Positions 37,583 to 47,148 of a stretch of DNA of 64,000 bases are shown here, in pieces; position 1 is the stretch's first letter; the number at the start of each line of letters is the position of its first letter. The notes under the pieces were generated by a model. It was not told the DNA's origin and did not search any database. It saw nothing but the letters and a program-made list of their open reading frames with translations. Source of the stretch: Thermoproteota archaeon (GTDB lineage: Archaea; Korarchaeota; JAOZGF01; JAOZFZ01); assembly GCA_027492035.1 (NCBI GenBank), contig JAOZFT010000004.1, positions 32,001 to 96,000 on the forward strand, written 5' to 3'. The translations under genes and the position numbers were made by a program.

Positions 37583-39855
37583 AAAGAAAACTAACATTAG
37601 TTTTAACGCTTACAGCGCTGGTTATTATCTCTCAATATTTACATATTCAGATTTCTTTTTCAAGTGAAGAACCACGCGAAGGCCCCGAAATATCAGTTAA
37701 TAAGGATGTGAAGTATGAGCTAAGTGTCAGTTTTACAGGTAAGAAAGCAGCATTTACAGAGGACGTCCAGTTAACAATTTTTAACAGGGGAAGAGAAACT
37801 CAAAAAATAAATTTGACAGATAGGGTTTTCCAAGGAAAAATTGAAACTTTAACATTTAAAGAGGGACCTAGAAACAGTTTTTCGGAGAAAATAGGTGATG
37901 TTCTTTACCTGGAATGGATAAATCTTGAAGTGAAACCGCATTCAACAACCGTGATACATTACGAAATCGACACGGATTTCGCATTAATTAATGCAAAAGT
38001 AACTTTTTTAGTAAATGGGGAAAAATCTAAAGTTATTCATGTTTCAGGTGACCGGTACCTGTTTGTTAACAGGTCTGACAATTTGTCGCTTTTAATCAAT
38101 TTAAGTAATGAGTTGCCTGTGTGGGTGAATGAAGTAAAGTACTACCCCTTCCAAATTCTTTTATCTGTAAATATACCTGAGGATTACTTTATGTACGTCA
38201 AAGCAGATCCTGAACCTACTTTATCAAGTTCTTTAATGGGGGTAGAGGTTAAAACTTGGAGTTTTACCCTATCAAACAGTTCTGAAAAAATTAAACTTAA
38301 TCTTAGAGCGAAAAGAAACGCTTCTTTAGGCTTTGTAGAAGTAGACCCGATTAGAGTGGTGGTTTTACCTCAACCTAAAGAAACCATTCAAATGCTTGAG
38401 AATTCACGGGAGAATATGCAGAAATCCATAGATCAACTTAACAACATGAGCAAATATTTAAGTAATTTCAGCAATGTTTTAGATGCTGAAACTAAGCTTT
38501 TAAATGCTTCACTGCGTTACATGAATTTTGTTTCTAATTCCCTCAGGAATTTATCTGGTGGGACAAGGAATATTTCTTCAGCTCTAAACTTAACAAGTAA
38601 AGGATTAAAGAACCTTTCCAACCTGGTTGGTGACACAGTTACTAGACTGAGGGTTTCTACCAGCTCTATACCTTCAAATCCACCTTTCCTTCTCCACGTA
38701 TCTGAGATTCCAGCTTTACCTCCAAATTTCCCAATACCTATAAACTCTTCTTTATTAAACAAATTAAAGGAAATGTTTTCGGAGGTAACTCAGGAAGTTG
38801 TGGATAAAGTGAACTCATTTATTACCAATATTTGGTCCAGTTTTATTTCACAAGTTGTAACTCCGTTGAGGAGACTAGTTCTGGAGCTCGAGTTTCTAAA
38901 GAAACAATTGAACTATGTTTCTGACTCCGTTTCTTTATTAACAAATGCAACAGGCAACGTTTCCACTGCTTTAAAACTACTTTCAAACCAAACAATGAAT
39001 ATACATGATTTAATCAATGAATCCTATCAAGTGACTCTGCATTCAAAAAAGGCTGTAGATAAAATGGTGGACGAAATAAATTCTCAAATTTCTAATTTAA
39101 CGAGGAAGAAAAAAGACCTTGAGAACGAAATAAAACTTTTAGCCATGAATACTCCCTTAAACATGCCTGTTTCAATTGTTTCCGTTAAAAATGGAGGAAT
39201 CCATTTCTCAATTAAAAAAATCGGCGACAAAAACTGGGAAGTAAGGGATTTGCAATTAGGCGAAGCTTTAGGGCTTAATTTAACTTGTGTCTCAATCTGT
39301 TTTGATGAAACGTCGGAAGTAAAAACTTTTGTGCAGGGAGAGGGAGGTGAATTTGTGGAAGTTAACCCCACTTCCTTAAACATGTATGTAGGAAATGGAA
39401 CCATAACCTTTTTACCCTATAACTCTGATGCAGGAAACGAGAGACCCTTTTTAAAAAGTTTAACAGGTTCAGAAATTAGGATAAGGATAAAGTCAAAGGA
39501 AAAACCTAAAGTGAAAGCGGTGCTGGATCTAGTAAACAGTTCTTGGTTAAGTTTTGAAGAGAATAATGAATATGTAGTATATGTTCGGTTGCCGAAAATC
39601 TCCTATGGTTTCATTCCGAAAAGTTTAGAAACACCCAACTTCAACTTAACTCAGGAAAGAGAGAAAGTTTCAGGTTTTAAGTTTGAAAGATGGATGTGGA
39701 TTCCCTTACTTACTATTCCATTGATAGCAACAACGCTTTTGATATTAAGAGAGAAGCCTCCTAAAGTTGTTGTCACTGATAAATTAATTTCAAAGGTTGA
39801 CGAATTAGAAAAGAAACTGAAAAGTTTAAGGAACAGCCGAAAACCTGTTAAATAG
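37579..39855 (+). CDS. large membrane-anchored surface glycoprotein with long helical hairpin
   Basis: Signal peptide, beta-rich N-domain, long heptad region split by a Pro-rich segment, second beta-rich domain, TM WMWIPLLTIPLIATTLLIL; about 20 N-x-S/T sequons; GTGA overlap with the ABC ATPase gene. Confidence 0.7.
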   Translation: MKRKLTLVLTLTALVIISQYLHIQISFSSEEPREGPEISVNKDVKYELSVSFTGKKAAFTEDVQLTIFNRGRETQKINLTDRVFQGKIETLTFKEGPRNSFSEKIGDVLYLEWINLEVKPHSTTVIHYEIDTDFALINAKVTFLVNGEKSKVIHVSGDRYLFVNRSDNLSLLINLSNELPVWVNEVKYYPFQILLSVNIPEDYFMYVKADPEPTLSSSLMGVEVKTWSFTLSNSSEKIKLNLRAKRNASLGFVEVDPIRVVVLPQPKETIQMLENSRENMQKSIDQLNNMSKYLSNFSNVLDAETKLLNASLRYMNFVSNSLRNLSGGTRNISSALNLTSKGLKNLSNLVGDTVTRLRVSTSSIPSNPPFLLHVSEIPALPPNFPIPINSSLLNKLKEMFSEVTQEVVDKVNSFITNIWSSFISQVVTPLRRLVLELEFLKKQLNYVSDSVSLLTNATGNVSTALKLLSNQTMNIHDLINESYQVTLHSKKAVDKMVDEINSQISNLTRKKKDLENEIKLLAMNTPLNMPVSIVSVKNGGIHFSIKKIGDKNWEVRDLQLGEALGLNLTCVSICFDETSEVKTFVQGEGGEFVEVNPTSLNMYVGNGTITFLPYNSDAGNERPFLKSLTGSEIRIRIKSKEKPKVKAVLDLVNSSWLSFEENNEYVVYVRLPKISYGFIPKSLETPNFNLTQEREKVSGFKFERWMWIPLLTIPLIATTLLILREKPPKVVVTDKLISKVDELEKKLKSLRNSRKPVK

Positions 39856-40882
39856 GTTTTAGGAAATCGCCTTTATAGCCTAAAACCATATGCAAATACT
39901 TAGCGTCCTCTTTTAAGTCTTCAATTTCTTCTATGTCCCCTCTCACCTTCACCTTTTCACCTTTTTTAACATGTTCAGTAAACCTGCCTCTAAAACTTGT
40001 TAATTCCTTTATTTTCTCTAAGCCAGGGAGGTTACTAATTGGTTTGACGTTGCCGACCACGTATTTGCACGGTGTAAAAATGGAGTCCTTATCTTCCCAT
40101 ATTTCACAAGTTATGGTTCCTTTACCTATGAAACGAAACTTTAACTCTCCATATTTGTACCTGATTTCACTCCTTTTTTTCACAAGCCTGACAAAATAGT
40201 CTTTATCCTTTATTTTGCCGTGAAGAATTTTCTTGGCTTCAATTTTTCTTAGGTGCATATTTGAAACTGCTTTTTCACCCCATCTAAAGGACACTATCCT
40301 TTTAACTGTTTCCAAATTATAAGGCTTAATTTCTCCTTCATTCCTCATTTCCTTCAGTGCAGAGTAAACTTTTCTACTTTCCCTTTCACCATAAACAACT
40401 AAATCTATGTCTGAATCCTTTGTTTCTAAACCCACCAAAACAGAACCGGAGACCCCTATGGAGGAAAAGAAACCCCTTCTTTCATTAAGTTCCCCCACAA
40501 ATTCACAAATTAAAGTTTCCAGTTCACTTTTCCTCTTTTTTAAAGTAAGCTCCTTGATTTTTTCTACTGGGTTATAAATTTCCTTTATTTCACTCAAAGG
40601 AACACTTTGAATCAGTTTACTCATTACTGGGTCAAAATAAAGATATTTTGGGTATTTCTTCCTTAAAAGATTGAAGCTTTCATTTAGGTCGTAAACTCTC
40701 AAATATTTCCTCTTCCCTCTTCTCCTATTTCCTTTACTTGAAGGAACATAACATAAAAAAGCTGTTACCCTATTTGGTGGATGGACTCCTCCTTTAACAT
40801 GGAAAAGTAATCCTTCATTTGTTTCAAGATAAAACCCCTCATTTAATTCAGGGAATTCCATTTTTAGCCACATCCTTTTCAA
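39848..40882 (-). CDS. COG1665-type nucleotidyltransferase (pol-beta fold + C-terminal OB-like domain), paralog 1
   Basis: HPPNRVTAFLCYVP; GVSGSVLVG..SDIDLVVYG; SFRGRF..GEKVKVRG.IE. Confidence 0.8.
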   Translation of the reverse strand: MKRMWLKMEFPELNEGFYLETNEGLLFHVKGGVHPPNRVTAFLCYVPSSKGNRRRGKRKYLRVYDLNESFNLLRKKYPKYLYFDPVMSKLIQSVPLSEIKEIYNPVEKIKELTLKKRKSELETLICEFVGELNERRGFFSSIGVSGSVLVGLETKDSDIDLVVYGERESRKVYSALKEMRNEGEIKPYNLETVKRIVSFRWGEKAVSNMHLRKIEAKKILHGKIKDKDYFVRLVKKRSEIRYKYGELKFRFIGKGTITCEIWEDKDSIFTPCKYVVGNVKPISNLPGLEKIKELTSFRGRFTEHVKKGEKVKVRGDIEEIEDLKEDAKYLHMVLGYKGDFLKPI

Positions 40883-40924
40883 AGAAACCTGGATAGAAGG
40901 GTTTGAAAAGGTTTAAAGGATGCA

Positions 40925-41335
40925 TTAATGAAAAAAAAGTATACTATCAGCTAATTTAACCCCTTTCACTGTTTCAAGTTCTTTAAACAATTTCTTTATC
41001 TTCCTTCCTTCCCCTAAACAAATAATTGTTTCTAAACAGTCCTCTTCTAAATGAATATGAGTGGAACTCATGACAATGTCATGGAAAAGATGCTGTTTCT
41101 CAGTTATCTCTTCTTGGCAACCATGTTTCTCATGGTCATAAATCAAACTTATTACTCCAATATTAGCTTCTTCTTTTTCAAAAGTTTTATGTTTATTTAT
41201 TAGTAATCTTATAGCAGCTCTTATTGCTTCAGACCTATTAGCAAAACCTGTTTCATCAATGAAAGAGTCAAGCTCTTTCAAAAGACTGTTAGGCAAACTA
41301 ACACCGAACCTAACAATTTCTTTTTGAGGCATCAA
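40925..41335 (-). CDS. nikR: nickel-responsive regulator NikR
   Basis: RHH RFGVSLP..LL..LD...NRSEAIR; YDH; Ni ligands QH and HIH..DCLE. Confidence 0.92.
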   Translation of the reverse strand: MMPQKEIVRFGVSLPNSLLKELDSFIDETGFANRSEAIRAAIRLLINKHKTFEKEEANIGVISLIYDHEKHGCQEEITEKQHLFHDIVMSSTHIHLEEDCLETIICLGEGRKIKKLFKELETVKGVKLADSILFFH

Positions 41336-41412
41336 AATTCTTCCTCACATTTTAAGGAACTCTTCCGTGGAGGTGTCTTATGAAAACATGCTATGTTTTT
41401 AAACTTAAAAAA

Positions 41413-42477
41413 CTATTCTTCAATTTCTTTTATATATTCATCTTCTCTGAAGGCGCTGGAACCGATTACTACCCTGAAATACTCTCCATTACCTTTAACT
41501 TGCATAACTTTTTCAAGTTCACCTTTAACTTCTATCCTGTCCCCCTTTCCTGCAATATCCATGAATAAACCTTCGTAAGAAACTACCTCTTTTATTTTTC
41601 CAGGTTGCAGATTTCCATTGAACAATGAAACCTCACTTATTTTGTAAATGGAGGGAAGGAAAACAGCTTCAGATGAATCTTCAACTGTAGCTTTCAGGAT
41701 TACTTGCTTAATTGGAAGGTAAAGTTTGTCACCGTATTTTTCCTTTATTTCTTCATCTTTCCTTACTGGATGGATAGAGAAATAAGTGTTTTGGTAGAAG
41801 CCGTAGTTCCACCTTCCCTTTCCAATGTGATAGAGTTCTTTGTAGCCCAAGGTTTGAAAAAGAGACATCCTTTTCTCAACCCATTCCTTCAACTTTTCTT
41901 TAGTTAAAGGTTTCAACTGAGCTTCTTTACATTCCAAAATTTCTTTAAGGACTTCCTTAACCCTAAAAGAGTTTCTAGAGCCGTAAACAATTAAATCTAT
42001 ATCTGAAAATTTTGGGTTATGGATTCCAAGCAATATCGAACCTGTTACTCCGAAATTATTTATTTCTACACCGCTTAAATCAGAAATTTCTTTAACAAGG
42101 CTTACTGTTTTCCTTTCCAGTGTATCGATTTTTCTTCGGTTTAAAAGTTTTTTAAGTTTTTCTTCAGGCTTATAATATTTTTTAATCCTTTCCTTTGGTA
42201 CAAAAGAGAAAAACATGTTTCTAACTGGACATTTCGAAACATAAAGGGGGTAGTTGTTTTTTAGGAAATCAATGGTTTTCTTAACTTCAACTGCATGGTA
42301 GTGGGTAAGTTTTCTTTTATAACTTACTCCCTTCCCCCTCCATTCCCCATCTTTGGCTGGTGTGTACTTTAGATAGGCAGTGTACTTGTTTTTTGGATGT
42401 AAATAACCTGTTACACAGAAAAACATGTCCTCCCTTGTTTTTATGAAGTCACGGTCTTTAGGTTTTCTTATTTTCAT
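41413..42477 (-). CDS. COG1665-type nucleotidyltransferase, paralog 2
   Basis: DRDFI..FFCVTGYLHP...AYLKYTP; GVTGSILLG..SDIDLIVYG; SYEGLF..GDRIEVKGELE. Confidence 0.82.
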   Translation of the reverse strand: MKIRKPKDRDFIKTREDMFFCVTGYLHPKNKYTAYLKYTPAKDGEWRGKGVSYKRKLTHYHAVEVKKTIDFLKNNYPLYVSKCPVRNMFFSFVPKERIKKYYKPEEKLKKLLNRRKIDTLERKTVSLVKEISDLSGVEINNFGVTGSILLGIHNPKFSDIDLIVYGSRNSFRVKEVLKEILECKEAQLKPLTKEKLKEWVEKRMSLFQTLGYKELYHIGKGRWNYGFYQNTYFSIHPVRKDEEIKEKYGDKLYLPIKQVILKATVEDSSEAVFLPSIYKISEVSLFNGNLQPGKIKEVVSYEGLFMDIAGKGDRIEVKGELEKVMQVKGNGEYFRVVIGSSAFREDEYIKEIEE

Positions 42478-43502
42478 TTCTTCACCGTTTTAACAAATTC
42501 CTCTTTCAAACCTGAACCTATAATTACCCTATACCTACCTGAGCTTGACTTTTCAAGCATTCCTTTAACTATAACCACTTCACCTCTTTTCAAGTAGCTC
42601 CTATACAAGCCGATCATAGAGACTATTTCTTCCACTGTAACATTAGGAGTTCTCCCCTCTAAAAAACATTTTTTTACCTTGTAAATTACTGGCCTGAACA
42701 TCGACTCCGCAGTGTCAGCAACTTCACAAGTTACTGTTACAGGATGTAAAGGTTTCCATTCCTCTTCATTTCTTATTTCATTTATTAGCCTTGTAGCGTT
42801 TAAAACAAACCTTTTTCCATTGTAGAATCCGGTATTCATTCTCCTTTCCTCCACTTCATTCTTTCTTGAAATTTCCAAAACTTCTCTTTTCTCTAGCACC
42901 TGTAAAGTTTTAATTACTTTTTCATAGTTTCTGGAGCCGTAAACAGCTACATCTATATCACTTTGCTCACTATGCATGCCTAAACTTATTGAGCCATGGA
43001 TGCCGAAAAAATCAATTTTCACTTTTGAGTAAAACGAGAGGAGATGAATCAAATTTAATGCTTTTTTTTCCAGTTCATCCTTCATTCTCTTACTTAAAAG
43101 TTTTTTTAAGCATTCATTTGGGCGGTATACCTCCTTTATTTTGTCACGTAAGGGAGCAATCAACCATTTCTTCAGGTTCAAGTCATAAAAAACGTAACCT
43201 GGGAAATGACTCTTCAAGGACTTTATTATTTGCGAGTAATTTTCTGGAGAGTAAAGTAAAGCTGGCCTAACCATTTCTACACTTTTAAAAAACCATTTTT
43301 GACTAAGCCATTTAAGTTTGAAGTTGTAAGCCAGTTTTGAAGGGATGTATTTGAGGAAGCTTATTACCCTGTTCCAGGGATGTTTATAGCCGAAAGTGTA
43401 AAATATAAAATTGTCCTTTGAAACTATGACATCACCATCCCTGAAAATTCCATTTCCCGGCGTGTAAGGTTTTCTATTTTTCATTCCCTCCCCTTCTTTC
43501 AT
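42474..43502 (-). CDS. COG1665-type nucleotidyltransferase, paralog 3
   Basis: RDGD..IFYTFGYKHP..VISFLKYIP; GIHGSISLG..SDIDVAVYG; SMIGLY..GEVVIVKGMLE. Confidence 0.82.
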   Translation of the reverse strand: MKEGEGMKNRKPYTPGNGIFRDGDVIVSKDNFIFYTFGYKHPWNRVISFLKYIPSKLAYNFKLKWLSQKWFFKSVEMVRPALLYSPENYSQIIKSLKSHFPGYVFYDLNLKKWLIAPLRDKIKEVYRPNECLKKLLSKRMKDELEKKALNLIHLLSFYSKVKIDFFGIHGSISLGMHSEQSDIDVAVYGSRNYEKVIKTLQVLEKREVLEISRKNEVEERRMNTGFYNGKRFVLNATRLINEIRNEEEWKPLHPVTVTCEVADTAESMFRPVIYKVKKCFLEGRTPNVTVEEIVSMIGLYRSYLKRGEVVIVKGMLEKSSSGRYRVIIGSGLKEEFVKTVKK

Positions 43503-43517
43503 GCTTCCCTTTCTCTG

Positions 43518-44672
43518 TTAAATGGCTTCAGTGATTCTTTTAGCTTTCCTCTTTAAATTTTGAAACACTTTTAAATAGTTTTTATGAGTGTCTACAACGC
43601 TGCAAACAGGCTCTCCTTTTTTAACCTCTGTATTCGGGGGAGAAAGATCTTTCACAAAACTGTAAAGTTTAAGGTTTGGCACCTTCCCTTTCCTGGGCGA
43701 AAAAACAACTCCTCTCCCGCTGAATTTTTTAGCTTTAAATTTTTTCTTCGGTAATTCTCCGTTACAGGCTTGCAAATGTAACTGAGTTAAGTTTATTTCG
43801 TATGCCCTTTCAATACACCCTATGCTTCCTTGAAACCTGGGGTTGACTTCAACAAGGTAAGGGATTCCTTTCTTTAGAATAAAATCTATTCCGTTTGATC
43901 CGACGAGGCTGAATTCATTCGTTAAAGCATCAACAATTACCTCAATTTGTTTTTTGGTTTCAGGTTTAACTTTGTACGGTGAAATATTGCCGCAGAAAGT
44001 GAAATCCCCAGGCGAATTTAACCATTTCTCCCCTATTAATTGCCTGTTTATTGAAACTAGAAAGGCTTCTTCTCGGTTTGAAAGAAAGGATGCGCTTGCA
44101 TCCACCCCTTCCACATACTTCTGCACTAGAACTTCCCCCTTAACAGCAGGGATGTCGTCTTCTGTTAAAATAAGTTTTTTCCCTTTACCGCCACTTCCGA
44201 ATGGGGCCTTTAAAACTAAGGGGGGTTTCATTTCGTTTAAGATATTTAAAACTTCATCGTAGCCTTTAACAATTTCTGTTTCTGGGAAGTTAATCCCTCT
44301 CTCCTCCAGAAAACTGAAAAATTTTCTCCAATTCCTCACATTCCTCACCGAATCAGCACCGTTTCCCTTCAAAGGGAAAATTTTACTTATTTCCTTCCAG
44401 AAAAAGGGGAAATCGTCGAAACCAGAGGTTACCAGACAAAAATCAATCTCTTCAGTTTCCTTCAGTTTCCTCAGTTCCTGTAGACATCTCTTGATTCCAG
44501 TTTTAATGTCCTCAAGCTGAAACCAAGGGATTTTAATTGTTTTAACCGTCTTATCAACTACATCTAAATCTTTCCAATAGGTTACACAGTATATTTCATG
44601 GTTTAAATTTTTCAGCGATTCTACAACCCCCCTTACGTTATAGCCAACTACCAATACTTTCAAAGGAACCAC
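43518..44672 (-). CDS. ATP-grasp domain protein (COG2232-like, C1-cofactor-associated family)
   Basis: LKAPFGSGG, VQKYVEG..ASASF, FTFCGN..P, LVGSNGIDF, EVNPRFQGS, GEPVCSV. Confidence 0.85.
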   Translation of the reverse strand: MVPLKVLVVGYNVRGVVESLKNLNHEIYCVTYWKDLDVVDKTVKTIKIPWFQLEDIKTGIKRCLQELRKLKETEEIDFCLVTSGFDDFPFFWKEISKIFPLKGNGADSVRNVRNWRKFFSFLEERGINFPETEIVKGYDEVLNILNEMKPPLVLKAPFGSGGKGKKLILTEDDIPAVKGEVLVQKYVEGVDASASFLSNREEAFLVSINRQLIGEKWLNSPGDFTFCGNISPYKVKPETKKQIEVIVDALTNEFSLVGSNGIDFILKKGIPYLVEVNPRFQGSIGCIERAYEINLTQLHLQACNGELPKKKFKAKKFSGRGVVFSPRKGKVPNLKLYSFVKDLSPPNTEVKKGEPVCSVVDTHKNYLKVFQNLKRKAKRITEAI

Positions 44673-44885
44673 TTCTTTGTAAAATTTATTTTGTTTTACC
44701 TATTTAAAGGGGGAAATTAGAAACGAAACAAGAGAAAATTTGAGAACAGGCACTTCGCATAACAGAAACTTTTTTATTTTCCCTTTTCAAAGTTTTAAAA
44801 GAAGTATAAAAGTTTAAAAATAAACTTTAACTATTTCGCCTTCCTTTCTTCTTCTTGCAAAAGGAGAATAAATTTTAAAGTAGAG

Positions 44886-44903
44886 GAAAAAAGTTTATAT
44901 AAA
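44886..44903 (+). promoter_or_regulatory. BRE-TATA promoter of the Fe-S/AOR/cooC/mtmCB operon
   Basis: GAAAAAAG followed by TTTATATAAA about 45 nt upstream of ATG 44946. Confidence 0.55.
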
Positions 44904-44945
44904 TCATTTATAAATTCTTGGAAGGATTGGTCCTGGTGCTGTAAA

Positions 44946-45380
44946 ATGCCTATTAAAATCAGGGTAGATCATCCAGATAGATGTATGGGCTGCTATAACT
45001 GTGTTTTTGCCTGCAGCCGAGAACTGTACGGAGTGATTTCTAAAAGATTTTCTGCAATTCAGGTGCACGATTCAAAAACTTCAAATACGTTTCTCATAAG
45101 GGTTTGTGTCGGCTGCACCGACCCTGACTGCGCCAACGCCTGCCCCTACGAAGCATTGAAACCTCGGCCGGAAGGAGGAGTTGAACTTGTCAACCCTGAC
45201 AAATGTAAAAAATGTGAAGATAGACCCTGCATACCAGCATGTCCAGTGAATGCTTTACCATGGGACCCTATCAATAAGAAACCCATAATTTGCACAGAGT
45301 GCGGTGAATGTGCCAAATACTGTCCACATGAAGTTATTTTTTACGGAGAAGTGATTGAAGCTACACCGTCTCCGATTTAA
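44946..45380 (+). CDS. multi-[4Fe-4S] electron-transfer subunit (AOR partner)
   Basis: CMGCYNCVFAC, CVGC..PDCANACP, CKKC..PCIPACP, CTECGECAKYCP. Confidence 0.9.
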   Translation: MPIKIRVDHPDRCMGCYNCVFACSRELYGVISKRFSAIQVHDSKTSNTFLIRVCVGCTDPDCANACPYEALKPRPEGGVELVNPDKCKKCEDRPCIPACPVNALPWDPINKKPIICTECGECAKYCPHEVIFYGEVIEATPSPI

Positions 45381-45396
45381 AAGGAAGGGAGAAAAA

Positions 45397-47148
45397 GTGG
45401 AGAAAGTACTTTTTATAGATCTAACTGAAAGGAAAGTTTGGAGTGAAGAGAAGGGGGAATTGTTTAAAAAATTCCTAGGAGGATCAGGAGTTGCAATAAA
45501 TTTGCTTCATGAACTTTGCCCTGAAAAAGAGGATCCTTTCTCACCTGAGAACCCGATAATTTTCGCTGTAGGGCCCCTGTTAGGGGTTTACCCATCTTGC
45601 ACAAAAACAATAGCAATGTTTAAATCTCCTTTAACAGGGAATTTAGGTGAATCACACGCAGGAGGCAGGTTCGGTACAGCTTTAAGATGTGCTGGCTACG
45701 GCGCAGTAGTTATAAAGGGAGTTTCAGCAGAACCTGTTTACTTAGATATTTACGACAATGACAAGGTGTTGTTTAAAAGAGCCGCTTCCTTCCTTGGGCT
45801 TCCACCCAGAAGAATAATAGATTATCTGAAAAGAGAGGATGTGCTGGGTTTAGAGAGTGTAATTGCAACAGGGTTAGCAAGTGAAAAATTTGTCGCGTTC
45901 GCAGGGGTAATAGTTGATAAACACTTCTATTTTGGAAGATTAGGTTTAGGTACAATTTTTGGAGCAAAGAATTTGAAAGCCATAAGAATAACTTCTGACG
46001 GTAAGATTCCGATAAAAAACGTAGATGAATACAAGATTTTGTATGATGAAATTTATGAGAAGATAGTTAAAACGGATGCTATGGCTAAATACCATAACTT
46101 AGGAACTCCTCAAAATGTTCATTCTTTAAATGAAATAAGAGGCCTTCCAACAAGAAACTTTCTTTCAGGATATTTTGAAGAAGCTGAAACCATTTCAGGA
46201 GAATATTTTGCAGATAACATTTTGTTACGTAAAATGCCATGCTCCCACTGCCCAATAGGATGCAAACATGTGGCACTGGTTAAGGAACAATTTGCTGCAC
46301 AACATGAGCTAGAAGTTCTTGAACTTCCATACGACTATGAACCAATTTATTCACTTGGTTCAAACCTTGGAGTAAGTGACACAGTAGGGGTGCTTAAGCT
46401 TATTTCAACCTGTGACCTTTATGGCTTGGACGCCATGATAACAGGCAACTTACTTGCGTGGGTTACTGAAGCATTCATGAGAAATTTAGTGACTGAAAAA
46501 GAAACCTTGGGACTGAAACCTAAATGGGGTTATTACGAAACCTACATAAAAATGATTGAAAACATAGTTAAAATGCCTAACTCTTTCTATGCGAGTCTTG
46601 CAATGGGTAAAGTGCCTGTGAAGGAGGGAGAAAGTTTCTACATGACAATTGGCGGTAACGGAGTAGCAGGTTACCACACAGGCCTAGCCCAAGTTTTAGG
46701 TACAGCCATTGGCGCTAGACACTCCCACGTAAGCAACGCAGGATACTCTTTAGACCAAAAGTACTTAGGAAAAGAATTACCACCCGAAGAAATAGTTGAT
46801 ACATTAATAACTGAAGAACAGAAGAGATGCATACTTGAATCATGTGGAGTGTGTCTATTCGCGAGAAGAGTTTATGATTTAGAACTTATTTCGAAAGCTT
46901 TAAATCCTTTAGGCTGGAATTACTCAGCAGATGAACTCAGAGAAATCGGTAAAGAGATTTATAGGCTGAAGTTTAAGTTTAAGTTCAGGGAAGGGTTCCA
47001 ATTTGAAACTTTGCACATCCCAGAAAGGTTCTTTGAAACCCCCTCAGCTAATGGCTTAATAAGTAAAAAGAAATTCTTTAAAGCATTAAATTACGCAGCG
47101 AAAAGGATAAAGGAACTAGCTGAAATTCCAGTGGTTGAAAAGAAATGA
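45397..47148 (+). CDS. aor: aldehyde:ferredoxin oxidoreductase family (W/Mo-pterin)
   Basis: FLGGSG, KSPLTG..GESHAGG, GRLGLG.IFGAKNLKAI, LPTRNF, CSHCPIGC, DYEP, CDLYGLD, CGVCLF; start re-assigned to GTG 45397. Confidence 0.92.
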   Translation: MEKVLFIDLTERKVWSEEKGELFKKFLGGSGVAINLLHELCPEKEDPFSPENPIIFAVGPLLGVYPSCTKTIAMFKSPLTGNLGESHAGGRFGTALRCAGYGAVVIKGVSAEPVYLDIYDNDKVLFKRAASFLGLPPRRIIDYLKREDVLGLESVIATGLASEKFVAFAGVIVDKHFYFGRLGLGTIFGAKNLKAIRITSDGKIPIKNVDEYKILYDEIYEKIVKTDAMAKYHNLGTPQNVHSLNEIRGLPTRNFLSGYFEEAETISGEYFADNILLRKMPCSHCPIGCKHVALVKEQFAAQHELEVLELPYDYEPIYSLGSNLGVSDTVGVLKLISTCDLYGLDAMITGNLLAWVTEAFMRNLVTEKETLGLKPKWGYYETYIKMIENIVKMPNSFYASLAMGKVPVKEGESFYMTIGGNGVAGYHTGLAQVLGTAIGARHSHVSNAGYSLDQKYLGKELPPEEIVDTLITEEQKRCILESCGVCLFARRVYDLELISKALNPLGWNYSADELREIGKEIYRLKFKFKFREGFQFETLHIPERFFETPSANGLISKKKFFKALNYAAKRIKELAEIPVVEKK

